Notes: generated by a model from the letters alone, not told the origin. Shown: positions 50,202 through 62,689, counted from the stretch's first letter. The stretch is DNA of 64,000 nucleotides from Lophium mytilinum (GCA_010093605.1 MU004182.1:2155195-2219194); one strand, 5' to 3'. A program made the numbers and translations.

Positions 50202-50870
50202 TCAGATGATGGTGATCTCTCTCATCTCGGTATTCTGGTCCCATAGCTCATCATCTGGCTCATATTTGAAATAATGATGATATGGTAAAACGAGTCCGAT
50301 CCGCCCATAAGCTCCTGGAATCTGCTCGGATATCCCTAAGAGGATGAGTTCGGAATTGACAATATGACGGTCTCGGCCAACGACTAAGCCGTGAACATTG
50401 CCCATTACAGTCAAAGGCTGCGAAGACGCTGATCGGCATATGGTAGTTTCCACTTGGTCCATTGCATCAAGACCATTACCACTGATAAGGGCGGTGTCGG
50501 CCCGGGCAGTACAGTGTCTCCAACCTAGCGATTCAATCGAAGGGTCATAGCCAGATGAACAGAACCAGTCACATCATCATCTTCAATAATTCCGGCCATT
50601 TTCAATCGTACGACGAGCCCTCGTAGTCGAAGACTGGCTTGAGTGTTTCCCATGGGATTGGAGACAGCGAGGGTAGAATGAATTTCTAGGATAGCCAGGG
50701 GACAGTTGACCGCCTCGAAAGGCGGGTTTTCATACACTATGTCGCCCTCTATTCATGCCCATGAGAAAGACGGAGCCCTTCCTGACATAGGCTATTATTT
50801 GGATTCCCATAGCAGCCGAATACCAGACATGTACGCGACCGATGTTTCTCTCCACCGACGTCCATTTTTC
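50202..50870 (-). pseudogene. C-terminal remnant of HET-domain protein
   Basis: Alternate frames give YMSGIRLLW, RAPSFSWA*IEGDIVYE, SNPMGNTQASLRLRG and GAYGRIGL, motifs typical of HET-protein C-termini, interrupted by stops. Confidence 0.65.
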
Positions 50871-53800
50871 ATCAGCACGTTCCTCAAGGCTCTTGAGTGA
50901 AACGGCACCATGATCGCGGAGAGTCTGCGCGATGAGTTTTCTATCCTGTATCTCGTCCTCAAGGGTCTTGATCCTATCGTCCAGATTCCCCTTAGTCCCA
51001 TTGTAATGACGTTCGTCATAGCGGTCTAGGAGGCTATCAGGCTCATCCGCCAAGTACCTTGTATCGTGCCATTCCTCATTAAAAATGTAGCACTTCCACG
51101 ATGCGCCTTTGGTGCATTTCCTGGACCGCCGTTGCCGCGATTTCTTCATGAGGTCTTTGCGCTCATTGATGAGATCCTGCTTCTCGTACTCCCGTCGCTT
51201 TATTGCTGCCATCGCTATGTTGAGAGATAGGCCATCGAGTAAGATTCTGTTTAGATCGACCTCTTTCCTCTTGCAAAGTGCTTTGACTATTTCGATGTAG
51301 GACTTGTCAAACTCGGCTCCAAAGGAGTACTGATTGGCAGGACGAGTTGCCATGACAGCCACCTCGAGAGGGTCAATTTGTGACTGCCCAACCTCGATCT
51401 TCAGTCGAGGATCGGCTAAGAGGGCTTGCACGATCTCGAAATAACCCCGCTTAGCTGCCTCATGGATCGGTTGAGGGTAAAGGTAATCACCCACTCGGCC
51501 AGATAGGTTCAAGTCTGTCCTTGGATCCGCCACGACAAGCTTGACCGCTTCAAGGTTATCAGCATCGACTACGCGAAGAAGTAGAGAACTGTAACTCGAT
51601 GTGAGATAGTTGACATCGACATCAGCCCGGCGCAATAAAGCGGCGAGTACGTCTAGCACGACGCTACTATCGAGATCATCCTTGATGAACTTAGGAGGAT
51701 CACCAACATCCAGATCGGGCCGTTCCAGAAGCTGTACTAGCATTGTGCGAATCGTGGATGTGGCGCGTCGGGTGCCGAGCCCAACGCATATGGACCTTGC
51801 TGAGTAGTTCCATTCATCCTTCGCATTGATGTCAATGTCATTGCGCGAGAGGAGTATCTTCCAGAGAGCATGTGCGCGGTCATCAGGTACATAAACGACT
51901 TCTTCTGCACACAGCATGAGTACTGTTTGCTGCCATTTGCCCCTGGCATTGAAGGATACGTCAGTCCGTCCAGCCAACATTTCTATCACCTTCCAGCCAT
52001 CATTTTCCAGGGCGGCTGTCAGTACCTTCGTTCTGTGCCGGCTCTCAAAGGCATCTTTGGCTCCACTATCCAAGAGTAACTTCAGCAGCTCCAGATTCTG
52101 GTGTCTGATGGCAGAACCGAAAAGAGACCGAGTCCAATCTGGTCCTTCCCCAAAAGTTTCCTCGATCAAGGCCCCATGACGAATTAGGATGGTAGCAAGG
52201 CTGGCGGCGTTGTCCAAACAGCATCTCACGGCCTGTAGCGGCGTAACCCCCTCGTTGTCTCATCTGTTTGCGTCGGCCCCGCGGAATAACAACAGAGTAT
52301 AGATTGCCTCATGGCCACATTCTACAGCTAGGTGAAGGGGGGTTTTCCCAGTTGCGTTCGGCGAATCAGTGGTCGCACCTGATCGCAGCAGAGCATTGAC
52401 GGCTGGAGCACTTCCATATGATACGACCAGATGCAGCGCACTGTCGCCGTCATCGTTCGTACTCTTTGGGTCTGCGCCCAGCTTCAGTAAACTTTCTACT
52501 ACCTTCAGACGAACCAGACGAACTAAGCGCTCTCGGTCAACCGCCACAATGAGAGCTCGGTTGAGGAGTGGTTGAAGTTCCGCACGGAGCACAGGAAAAC
52601 TCGGTGATGCTCGGCTGGCCCATATATGATCGAGTATAGTTTGAGTAACGCCATTTTCGAGATACTCGTCAGCTTGCCACTTGGAACTGGGTACAAGAGC
52701 CAGTGATAGAGCAGTCAATCCGTTTTCGTCTCTTGCAAGGAGGTTGGCGCCTTTGTCCAACAATAATGTTACAATGGAAGCATTGACTCCCTCTTCGACA
52801 TCATCTTCCTCCGACTCCCGCAGAAAAGTCAATAAAGGAGTTGAGTCGTACAGAACTGCCTCAATCTCAACCTGAGGCGTTTCAAGCAGCAGTTTGGTCA
52901 TGGGTAGGTTGCTTGCTGCAACTGCAAGATGCAGCGCCCACAGCAACGACGAGCGGAAGTGCGGTGAATCTCGCCGCATGACTTCGGGATTGAGCAAGGC
53001 CAGAACCAACGTCGTCGAAGGGAGCTTACATGCTGACATGAATAGAGATCGGTGCCAGCACATTGTGAACCCAAACGGAGCTATAAGTTGGAAGCCCTCG
53101 ATGCAAGCCTGGACATCCTGAGCATTCTCTGAGTCACCAAGGTGGCCTTCGATGAAGTCAACCACAAGGCCAGTATGCCGAGGAGGAACTGTTCATGCTG
53201 GAGGGAGGGCCAGATGTCGGCGAGACATGTCAACGCTCTGCCGTCCATTTGTCGAATTTGAGGTTCAACCTCCGTCCAATCGGAATCTTCATCAACAGCT
53301 GTATCTGAAGTATTGGCTGGCGTACTCGCATCTTTCAACTTCATCTGCATGAATTCTGCAACCAGCTCATCGTCGCCAATAGCGACAATGCTCTCGAGAG
53401 ACTCTTTATTCTTTGCCAACATCTCTCCAATCTTCTTATCAAGTGACCAGTACTGAATGGCCTGGCAGCAAACGTCTTCGGAGTACTTTGCAGCCGCAGC
53501 GGCGAAAATTGATTCCATTTTGTCCATCTCTACTGCTGCCGATAAGGCAAGGAGATGGTACATTCTTTGCCTGCCTTTCTGGGTTACTTCCTCGCTTCGG
53601 GGCCGGGCCTCATCCAGGAAAAGCAACCCCGACTTCAGCATTAGCTTCATGACAGTGTAGTGGATAAACCGTACTCTTGGGTAATCGTCGGCCTCTTGGT
53701 AGATTTCAAGCAGCCCACAGGATAAAGCTGGCAGCATTCGATCCAACTGTTCGTCATCTGAGATGTGAGAAGCTCCCCCCGTCGCATTCTTGATTTCGGG

Positions 53801-55790
53801 TATAGTCCAGCTCTCGTTCACATTCAATAGCGATCGTATGGAGCTCAGCCTAGGCCTAGACTCGCATAAACACATGAGTTGAAAAATGCGCAGGGCGGCG
53901 CGATGATCCCTAGTGGGAAGACTGTGTAAAGCAGATTCGTAAATCCGTTCTATGTGTTCAGGGACGTCGTTCTTGGCTCTTGATATGATGTACTCATCTG
54001 AAAGTCCCAGAAGCTTGCTTTCTCTAACCTTGTCTAGAGTGGACGCCAACCAGCGGAAGTTGCCCCCAGCTAGTTGCCTGATTTCCCACCACGTCTTGAA
54101 AGGGAGGTCAAGGCCCGTGTGGGCCAGTGTAGATTCGACCACGGAATGAATGTCCTTGTCGTTCTCGTTCTCCATACAGATGCATTTTTCCGCGCCCACC
54201 GGTATTAGCCTTGGATAATGGCGAGATGAGAAGGCGAGAGATATGGAGTGCGGCTTCGCGTGATTCTTATTACCGAGTTCGTAGAAGGAGTGTACCAAAC
54301 GGCGGACTATGTCCACGTCCCCCCGGCACTCGTGTAAGTCGTCAATATACTGGCGAACGTCAAATTCATCTAGGGCATCGGTAATCATGCGATGGAAGAA
54401 GTATTCGAGGTCTTCAACATCCCAGTAGTTGTTACCTGGTGATTGTCCTCGTCTCTTCAGAAGCCTTTTGATTTTAGTGCCTAGTCCCTTGATCGGGTGT
54501 TGCAAGAGCTGAACCAGGAGTGACCTGTAGAGTCCCTCAATACTTTGCTGTAGCGGAGCGCTGTCCTGGGCAAAGAAGTGGGAAAGTATGATCGTCGATT
54601 TCAGTAGAGCTTGGTCAGACTTTGCCATATCCAGAATCTTTTTCATCAATGTAGATTTCCCGGTGCCTGGATGACCCTTGATCCATATGATTTGCTTCGT
54701 AGACTTCTTCCACTCCTGATAGGTTGAGTTTGATTCAATCCACAAGAACGTATCAGCATGAGGCGCAGAAATACTATCTTCTCGGCGATAAATCCTTGGG
54801 AAGAACAAGGAATCCATGAAAGCCTGGGCTTCAGTCGACAGCGGCTCCTTCAGATCCGACTTCATCTTCTCGAGATCTTGCTCGTCATCGGTATCGCTGT
54901 CTAGATCATGTCCTAGCCAAGATCGAACATGGTCTTGAATGCGCATATATCCAGCCTCGTAACGGCTGGAAAATTTGCACATGTGGATGTGATTCGCCGG
55001 AATCTGCATCTGAGGATAGCCGTCGATAGTTGCGAATGCTTTTGGTACGATCAAGCCACCAGGGCTGCATTCGCGCTCCTCGTAGAAACAAACCATATTA
55101 AATCTATCACTGTTTCTTCTTGTCCAGTTTCCAAACGAGGATGTCAAGTCGGCAAGCACTGTTGGTAGCGTTAGTAACGAATACCAGACCCGATCGCCCA
55201 AGACGACCCCGGTGCTTGCCTTCAGAGTGCGATTTCAGCACGTCCACGACGCGCGTATTCACACTAACGAACAGGGAGGCAATATTCGCAACGATGGATC
55301 CTAACTTCGCCAGGTCAGATCCCCGATGGGGTGTTCCCAGGAAGCAGATCCCACGCAGACAGCGGTCAAGAGCCCTCTCTGCGCTCTCCTCAGCGGACTC
55401 CGCCGAAACACATAGGGCCTTTTTAGCAACCAGACCGCCTAAACTGTGAGCAACGATGATCACCGGCCTCTTTGCTGCTCTTCTCCCTCGTCTCGCAGCA
55501 AACTCGCCGACCAGGGTCTCTGCATGGTCACGTAGGGTGCCCTGGCCAGCATTGCCGGCGAAGATAGCGACGTCCGCATCGTAGCCAAAGCTTAGAATCC
55601 TCGCGGTAAGGAAATCGTGTGCCAGGAGGTCCAGAGGCCAATATACGTCGGTCTCTGATACCCAGGTCCTGTAGGCATGGCCCCTCAGGCCATGGATGAA
55701 GAGAATGTCGACGTCTGCATTTGGCGGCTGGCGGAGCTCCCGCAGGCCGAGGTGCTGCCCGCCTGGGAAGAGGGACTCTTGCGCCACCAT
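50730..55790 (-). pseudogene. Fungal NLR: SesB-like alpha/beta-hydrolase - NACHT - ankyrin repeats, disrupted
   Basis: DILFIHGLRG, FGYDA, AHSLGG, LGTPHRGS; GC-AG intron 55159-55219; WIKGHPGTGKST P-loop; ankyrin repeats (GDSALHL, GKTPLHLA). Frame change ~53081-53190 and in-frame TGA at 52260-52262. Confidence 0.85.
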
Positions 55791-56191
55791 GCCGCCAACT
55801 GCTGCAAGTTGGATGTGATATAACTGAAATTATAGCGGTGGGATGATAGGGCTACTCAGTGGACAGACCTCTTACAGGCAGAAGGAAAGATGAGTGGAGA
55901 GCGATGGAAACATAACCTTGCAAGGCTGAACGCTTTGTAAAGAATAGTGGCTTTCCAGCTGAAGCCAGCCTTACGCCCCTTCTTGGCCTATGCACGGCTG
56001 TCACACTCAGTGGCCAATCATATCAAGATATACTCGCAGGAACGTATCCATGCTCCCAAATCCCATGGATGAGATTTGAGGCTTGTCGAGCCTATACATT
56101 ACACTCCTTAAGTACTGAACCGCCCGGAATACCATACAGCATGATGTCAAGTTGGGTCGAGCCCGATTGCCGAGTATTCTAAACGGCTCTA

Positions 56192-57478
56192 CTAGAGAAG
56201 CGGCATGGTACCGTATACCTCCCTAAGCTGCTCCCAGGTAATATTTGTCCCGTAGATAAGCTTTGCGACTACCTTACCAGCCCAAAGACCACTCCTAGGT
56301 GAAGCCATGTACTGACGATGTGCGATTTCAGCACTCTTCGATGCCATGTAGTTGGAAAGGTATGTAGAGTTATTGCTCTGCTTCATATTCCCTTGCTGGT
56401 GAATCAGAGGTGACGCCGTCACTTCGCTCTCCATTTCCTTCATGAAACGCATCACGCGTTTCTTGAACTCGATTATCGGTCGATTCTCCTCCGCGGACAA
56501 TCCTGGAAAGGTAATAAACTCTGGTGAGACTGATAGCTGTTCAATGGGGGCAGCCTGGGCACTACTCCAATCAATGACTCCTGTTAGGTTGTATTCGTCG
56601 TCGAACAGCAGATTGCCGTAATGGAGGTCGAGGTGACAGAGTGGGAAGGGGCCCCGAATTCTATCTTCGATGATGATATGGGCTAGAGCGGTTTTCAGCA
56701 CCCAGCATGCCGTACGCCAGTCTGGATCGTGCGGATGTAAGGTCATTATTTCTCGATTTTCGCCTTGTCTTTGATTGTAAAAGTACTCGAAAGAAGTTTC
56801 CAAGGGGCCTGGTGAGTGGTGCCACGCCATGGGAATGATCTCAATTGCCTGATCAGCGTTTTCTCCACACCAAAGCCGTCCAATGCGGTCGAACGTCAAA
56901 TTTTGGAGTTCCACAAAGACATTTGCAAATTGTCTCGCGACCTTAATGCGATGCTGCGGAGGTATCGATAACGCCATTCCATTGTCAAGGGACCGGCCGT
57001 CTATGCATTCCATAAGAACGTACGGATATCCGAACGGTTGGTCTTTAGACATCTCAAAGTCGAAAACCATAGGCACCGGGATGGTCGTGCGTTGGCGAAT
57101 GGTCTTCATCGTCGCTATCTCACTGAGCAACATGGTCTTGGTGTCTGCGTCGACGGTACGATATGGAATGCGAGCCACCCAGTAGACTGTGTCCGAAAAA
57201 GCAAGTTCCAAGATGAGATTATCGAAGCCTGACGTAAAACGTGCTGGATCTATGCTGCAACCAACATCGGGCGATAGGTCCGTTTGGTGTCTCCGCCGCG
57301 AGTCTACTGCACGCTTCTCTAGATGCTCTAAGTTTGCCGAAGAGAGGATGAGCTGGATTCGTTTATATTTCTCGGACCCTGGACTAAGATTGGTGGAATT
57401 GTGCCAATGTTCACTCGGTCTTGTCATCGTAGATGGAGCTGGCAGTTCTTCAAACAAAGGCCAGCTGTCAGCAGACAA
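56192..57478 (-). CDS. Aminoglycoside-phosphotransferase/choline-kinase-like protein kinase fold
   Basis: WVARIP, SEIATMK..TTIPVPMVF, PYVLMECIDG, LCHLDLHYGNLL, GVIDWS. Confidence 0.88.
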   Translation of the reverse strand: MSADSWPLFEELPAPSTMTRPSEHWHNSTNLSPGSEKYKRIQLILSSANLEHLEKRAVDSRRRHQTDLSPDVGCSIDPARFTSGFDNLILELAFSDTVYWVARIPYRTVDADTKTMLLSEIATMKTIRQRTTIPVPMVFDFEMSKDQPFGYPYVLMECIDGRSLDNGMALSIPPQHRIKVARQFANVFVELQNLTFDRIGRLWCGENADQAIEIIPMAWHHSPGPLETSFEYFYNQRQGENREIMTLHPHDPDWRTACWVLKTALAHIIIEDRIRGPFPLCHLDLHYGNLLFDDEYNLTGVIDWSSAQAAPIEQLSVSPEFITFPGLSAEENRPIIEFKKRVMRFMKEMESEVTASPLIHQQGNMKQSNNSTYLSNYMASKSAEIAHRQYMASPRSGLWAGKVVAKLIYGTNITWEQLREVYGTMPLL

Positions 57479-57981
57479 CTTTTGGGTGCGCAGGACTGAG
57501 GCTGCAAGGTGGTAGCGATGGCTGGTAGCTGAAATATGGACACTTCGTCGTAATGGCGTAGTCCGTTGTAGCTAGTACACTCAGTATAGTGGTAGCTATT
57601 GTCTTCCGTACTCTTGTGTAACTCTCGATAACTGAGAGACCCAAAAGCGTCTAATGGGGGTGGTGGAACAGAGAAGAAGATGAGCTTCGACTCGTGCGAT
57701 TTTGGCGTGCGCTGAGACAAAGGCTGAACTCCTCCATAGTCGCATTTTGACGATTTTGCTGCTTGATCCGAAAGGTCGGGCTACATGATGTAGAATTTAC
57801 ACGGCGCTCTCGGTCTACTTACAGGATTGAAGGAGGCAGTCTTTTCTCTTGGTGGTTGGAGGGCCAGGGGCTGTGGTTGGTGAGCTGTTGGCCTTGTGGC
57901 CTGAGGCACGAAGCACCCGCGTCATCGCTCGAGATTTCGGAGATCTCAAGTCCGCAGCTCTGCAATCAACAACATGCGTCC

Positions 57982-59707
57982 ATGTTCATAACCCGTAAAA
58001 TACTGTGCTTCCGAAGCACCCAGAGAGCCTCTCGCCTTTTCAGTACCGCGTCAATCATGGAGGAACGAGACTACAGTGTAAATATCCCTTCCAATTACCA
58101 GCCTTCCTGCTTAGACTGACCATGTCGCAGGCTGCTGTTGCAGCACTCAATACGCTGCAGTCGAACTTCTCCGTCGTCGATGCGATCCGGAAATCGGGGA
58201 AGAAGATGAATGAGCAAGCCATTCCCGAAATGCTTGAGTGGTGTCGGAGAATTGGGTACAAGGTGGGTAGTACTTTGGAAGTCTTCCTTTGCCTTTCGCT
58301 GAACATTGATAGCCTATCGATATGGACAAACTGAACCTCATTCATATTGCCGGAACGAAGGGAAAGGGCTCTACCAGTGCCTTCATTTCTTCCATTCTCT
58401 CCCAATATCTCCCCTCGGCGCAACAGCAGAATCCAAAGTTGCATAAAGTCGGCCTCTACACCTCACCTCACCTCCGCTTTGTGCGCGAGCGAATACGGAT
58501 CAACAACGAGCCCATATCGGAGGAGTTATTCACAAAGTACTTTTTTGATGTCTGGGATAGATTGGAAAACGCAGCGAAGACTTCCGATGATCCCTCCCAC
58601 AAAGTCACCGAGAAACCTGTGTACTTCCGCTATCTGACGCTCATGGCACTGCATGCATACCTTGAAGAGTCAGTGGACTCAGCAGTCATAGAGTGCGGCA
58701 TAGGCGGAGAATATGATAGCACGAACATCATTTCGCATCCCACCGTCACAGCTATAACGAGTTTAGGTATAGATCACGTTGCCATGCTAGGCTCAACGTT
58801 GCCGGAGATCGCGTGGCACAAGGCAGGAATCTTCAAGCCTGGTAGCGTCGCCTTCACGGTGCCGCAAAAGGAGGAAGCATTGAGAGTGCTCAGGAACCGT
58901 GCAGCTGAGCAAAAGGTTTCGTTGACGGTTGTGCAGCGACATCCTGATCTTGAGCACAACAAAACCAAGCTCGGGCTGGCTGCGGACTTCCAGATTTCAA
59001 ATGCTAGTCTGGCTATTGCCGTGGCAGCAGCGCATCTACGAGCTCTGGGACACAGCGATATCCCTGATCCAACAACGATACCGCATATTACACTGCCAGC
59101 GGAGTTCATCCGCGGTCTTGAGCAAGTCCATTGGCCCGGACGCTGCGAAGTCCGCCACGATGCTCCGAGCAATATAGCATGGCACATTGACGGAGGTCAC
59201 ACGCTTGACAGCATTGAGATGTCTGGCCGCTGGTTCGCGGAGCAGATCTCTGCTTCTCCAATTCCCTCTACCACCGAGGGAGGCGTAAGGAAACCAAGAA
59301 TATTGATTTTCAACCAGCAAACGCGCGATGCCAGTGCTCTAGCGCGTGCTCTCTACACTACCTTGCAGAGCTCTTTATCTACATCAACCTCTCCTTTCAC
59401 GCACGCCATCTTCACTACCAATCAGACCTTCAACGAAGGGTTCAAGCCTGATCTTGTATCGATCAATACCAATAAAGCCGACATAGATACCTTGGCTGTG
59501 CAGCGCGCGTTAGCAGCCACCTGGAGCGAGATTGACCCTAGTGCTGAGGTTAGCGTCGTCAAGACGATTGAAGAGGCTGTTGCACAGTCGAGAAAGACTG
59601 CTGCGTTGTGGAAGAGTGGTCAGAAAGAGGAGAACAGTGAGGTTATGGTGCTAATCACGGGCAGCTTGCACCTCGTTGGCGGTGCGCTTGATGTGCTGAA
59701 AAGCTGA
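57982..59707 (+). CDS. MET7: Folylpolyglutamate synthase
   Basis: RDYS-AAVAALNTLQSN, IHIAGTKGKGST, GLYTSPHL..VRERIRIN, ECGIGGEYDSTN, WHKAGIFK, WPGRC, DGGHT, TGSLHLVGG. Two 5' introns. Confidence 0.93.
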
Positions 59708-59984
59708 ACGGAAATGGATGCGATGTTGCCAAAGTCGCTGCAAAACCTAGATACCCAAGAGATTTCAACACTCTACCATCATTGACTCCAATTGATACCT
59801 TTGTATGAATTCTCGTGATATCCTACTGTTCTACCCCCTGACCCGCATGAATGGGTGAAGCTCGGCGATGCGCTCATCTCGCGGCGCTAGCTCGGGCAGC
59901 TTCAAGTTTGTTTCTGCTGGCATCATCACCACATCCTCCCCCGTCATCCGCCCTCACCTCCGTCGCCTGTTGGAGCAGCTCACC

Positions 59985-61967
59985 ATGCTGCGCGCCTCTT
60001 TGCTAAGAGCAAGGCCAATTGCGCCCGCCGCTGGCCTCCAATGGCGCGTAGCCAACCGCTTTTTCGCCGACAGCAAGAAGCCGGATGAGACGTTGCTGCC
60101 CGGCTCCCAGAGCGCCAAAACCAACATCGAAATACCCTCCCCGACCCTCTCTACGAGCAGTACAAACGCGTCTTCCGTATCAGCAAGCACAATCGCGGCT
60201 TCAGAGGTTCCCAAAACCCCCCCAACACCGCAGGAGGTCCGCTCAGCTCCGGTCGTCCAGCCTGCGACCACTCCTCCTACCGGCACAGGCTCCGCGAGCG
60301 TAGCACCACCGCCATCCGCGCCGAAACCGAAGAGGCGACGATTCAGGCGCTTCCTGCTCCAATTGCTGGTTCTGTCGGCGCTGGGATACGCTGGAGGTGT
60401 GTGGTACTCGCTCGTTTCCGACAACTTCCACGACTTCTTCACCGAGTACATACCCTTTGGCGAGGATGCCGTGGGATTCTTCGAGGAGCGTGAATACCGC
60501 AAACGCTTCCCTGGGCAAAATGTTCAGCAACGACTGCATCCACAGCTCAGCGGCGAGCAGAAGGTCACAATCCCTGGCAGGCATGGTCTGACGTCCCGTG
60601 TCGCGGACGAAGGGGAAGCGAGTGGCAGTAACCTGGGAGCGACAGGACCACATGTGAGCGCGTTGGAAAGTGATAAGACGAAGAAGCCTGATTCGTCGGG
60701 AGAGACGCCCAAAGCTACTTCGACAGCTCCGCCAGCTCTTGCGGAGAAGCCAACCGATTCCCTTACACACAATCTACTCCCAAAGGATGCTGTGAAGGAT
60801 ACAAAGGAAGCTACCCCCGCGCCCGCGCCAGCTTCCAGTACACCTGCGAAGATGATCGACAATCTGGACATTCCATCTGCCAAGGAACCTGTCGTTCAAG
60901 ACGTAGTCAAGATACTGAACGATCTCATAACAGTCATCAACGCCGATTCAGCTGCCTCCAAGTACAGCTCCGCGATAGACAAGGCAAAATCGGAACTCGG
61001 GAAAGTCATCTCGGATATCACAACCCTCAAGGAATCAGAACAAAAGGCCGCCGAGGACAAGATCCGTTCTGCTCACCTGGAATTCGACACAGCTGCGAAA
61101 GAATTGGTTCGCCGACTCGAGGCGCAGATGCACGAACAGGAGAGCCACTGGAAGGACGAGTTTGAGACAGAACGCGAGACGCTCGCTCAGACGTACAAGC
61201 ACAAGCTAGACTCGGAGCTAGAAGCGGCAAAGAAGGTCTATGAGCAACGCGTGAAGAACGAACTTCTCGAACAGTCCATCGCCCTGCAGAAATCCTTTAG
61301 CTCGTCTGTCCGCGACCGCGTTGAGTCAGAGCGCGACGGCCGGCTCTCCAAGCTCAATGAGCTCTCCTCCTCGGTACAGGAATTAGAGAAGCTAACATGG
61401 GAATGGAACTCGGTCATCGACGCCAACTTGAAGACCCAACATCTCGTGGTCGCTGTTGAAGCTGTCAAAGCCAAGCTTGCAAACGCCGAGACACCCAGGC
61501 CATTTGTCAATGAGTTGGCAGCGCTGAAGGAGATCGCTTCAGACGATCCAGTCGTCTCTGCCGCCATTGCCAGCATCAATCCCGCAGCGTATCAACGTGG
61601 TGTCGCCACACCCGCACATCTCATTGATCGCTTCCGCCGCGTATCAGCCGAGGTTCGTAAGGCTGCTCTACTCCCCGAAGATGCGGGTATCGCCTCGCAC
61701 CTCGCCAGCCTGGCCATGTCCAAATTCCTCTTCAAGAAATCTGGCCTCGCTGTGGGTGGGGACGTGGAGGCTGTTCTCGCTCGCACAGAGGTTCTACTTG
61801 AAGAAGGCGACCTAGATGGGGCCGCGAGAGAGATGAACGGCCTGGACGGGTGGGCGAAGGTTTTGAGCCGCGACTGGTTAGGGGAGGTCAGGAGGGTGTT
61901 GGAGGTGCGCCAGGCTCTCGATGTCATCAGCACGGAGGCCAGGCTGAACAGTCTGCTTGTTGACTAG
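59985..61967 (+). CDS. MIC60: MICOS subunit Mic60 (mitofilin)
   Basis: MLRASLLRAR presequence, TM YAGGVWYSLVSDNFHDFFTEYIPFGE, coiled coil, mitofilin domain GDLDGAAREMNGLDGWAKVLSRDWL. Confidence 0.95.
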   Translation: MLRASLLRARPIAPAAGLQWRVANRFFADSKKPDETLLPGSQSAKTNIEIPSPTLSTSSTNASSVSASTIAASEVPKTPPTPQEVRSAPVVQPATTPPTGTGSASVAPPPSAPKPKRRRFRRFLLQLLVLSALGYAGGVWYSLVSDNFHDFFTEYIPFGEDAVGFFEEREYRKRFPGQNVQQRLHPQLSGEQKVTIPGRHGLTSRVADEGEASGSNLGATGPHVSALESDKTKKPDSSGETPKATSTAPPALAEKPTDSLTHNLLPKDAVKDTKEATPAPAPASSTPAKMIDNLDIPSAKEPVVQDVVKILNDLITVINADSAASKYSSAIDKAKSELGKVISDITTLKESEQKAAEDKIRSAHLEFDTAAKELVRRLEAQMHEQESHWKDEFETERETLAQTYKHKLDSELEAAKKVYEQRVKNELLEQSIALQKSFSSSVRDRVESERDGRLSKLNELSSSVQELEKLTWEWNSVIDANLKTQHLVVAVEAVKAKLANAETPRPFVNELAALKEIASDDPVVSAAIASINPAAYQRGVATPAHLIDRFRRVSAEVRKAALLPEDAGIASHLASLAMSKFLFKKSGLAVGGDVEAVLARTEVLLEEGDLDGAAREMNGLDGWAKVLSRDWLGEVRRVLEVRQALDVISTEARLNSLLVD

Positions 61968-62163
61968 ACCCTTCTATGTATTCCTAGTGTTCATACTGCT
62001 ACTTGTATGTTGTAGTTTATAGAAATGGAGCGCATTTTCATTTTCATCATAGTATCTTTATCAAGAGCTGGCTTTCCAAGTTCTCCCTAACTCTGTCTGT
62101 TCCCTTTCACCCCTCTCACTTTCCACACCCTATGTGCCTCCCCCGAGACAGCCATCCCCGCCC

Positions 62164-62376
62164 TCATCGCCAGCCCGCTACTCCCGTACAAAGACTACAC
62201 ATTCCCGGCGCCTCCCCAACGATCTTCGTACTCGTAACCGCACAAGCCGCCCCTCTCGCCCACGCAGCCTGGCACCTCACTGTAGTAAGAGAGTTATACC
62301 GGCTGAAGTAGTCATGAGTCGCGGTGTCTTGGATGTGTCTACAGCCACGGTAGCTGATAGACTCGACGTAACACAT
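62164..62376 (-). CDS. 70-aa Cys/His-rich microprotein (MC-x9-CxH family)
   Basis: MCYVESISYRGCRH...CQAAWARGAACAVTSTKIV...CSLC; paralogous to the adjacent ORF. Confidence 0.6.
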   Translation of the reverse strand: MCYVESISYRGCRHIQDTATHDYFSRYNSLTTVRCQAAWARGAACAVTSTKIVGEAPGMCSLCTGVAGWR

Positions 62377-62689
62377 TTTGAGAAGTTGTGTGAAGAGCGA
62401 GTTTGTGGGTTGGAGAATGGTAGAAGGTACTTCGAAGATGCAGATGGTAGAGGTGCTTTTGAGGGTGTTGGATGTGGGTGTGGTGTTGGATGTGGTAGAC
62501 CCAACGTGCCTTTTATCTACAGACTCGGAAATGGCTTTGTCGATAAACAACACCTCATTTGGTGAATCATACCCCAATTCACCTCTTTCTGAACATCGCC
62601 AGCACTCCTTGCCCACCCCGTCAAGCCAGTTCGACCTCGATCCCGCTGCTAGCCGCCTTCCCCGCCGCCGACTAATTCAATCAACCTGC

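Noticed and set aside
52260..52262. Premature stop as an A-to-I editing or selenocysteine recoding site
   Set aside because: It is TGA at a position where Arg (CGA) fits the ankyrin repeat, and the gene carries a second lesion; simple nonsense mutation is more likely.
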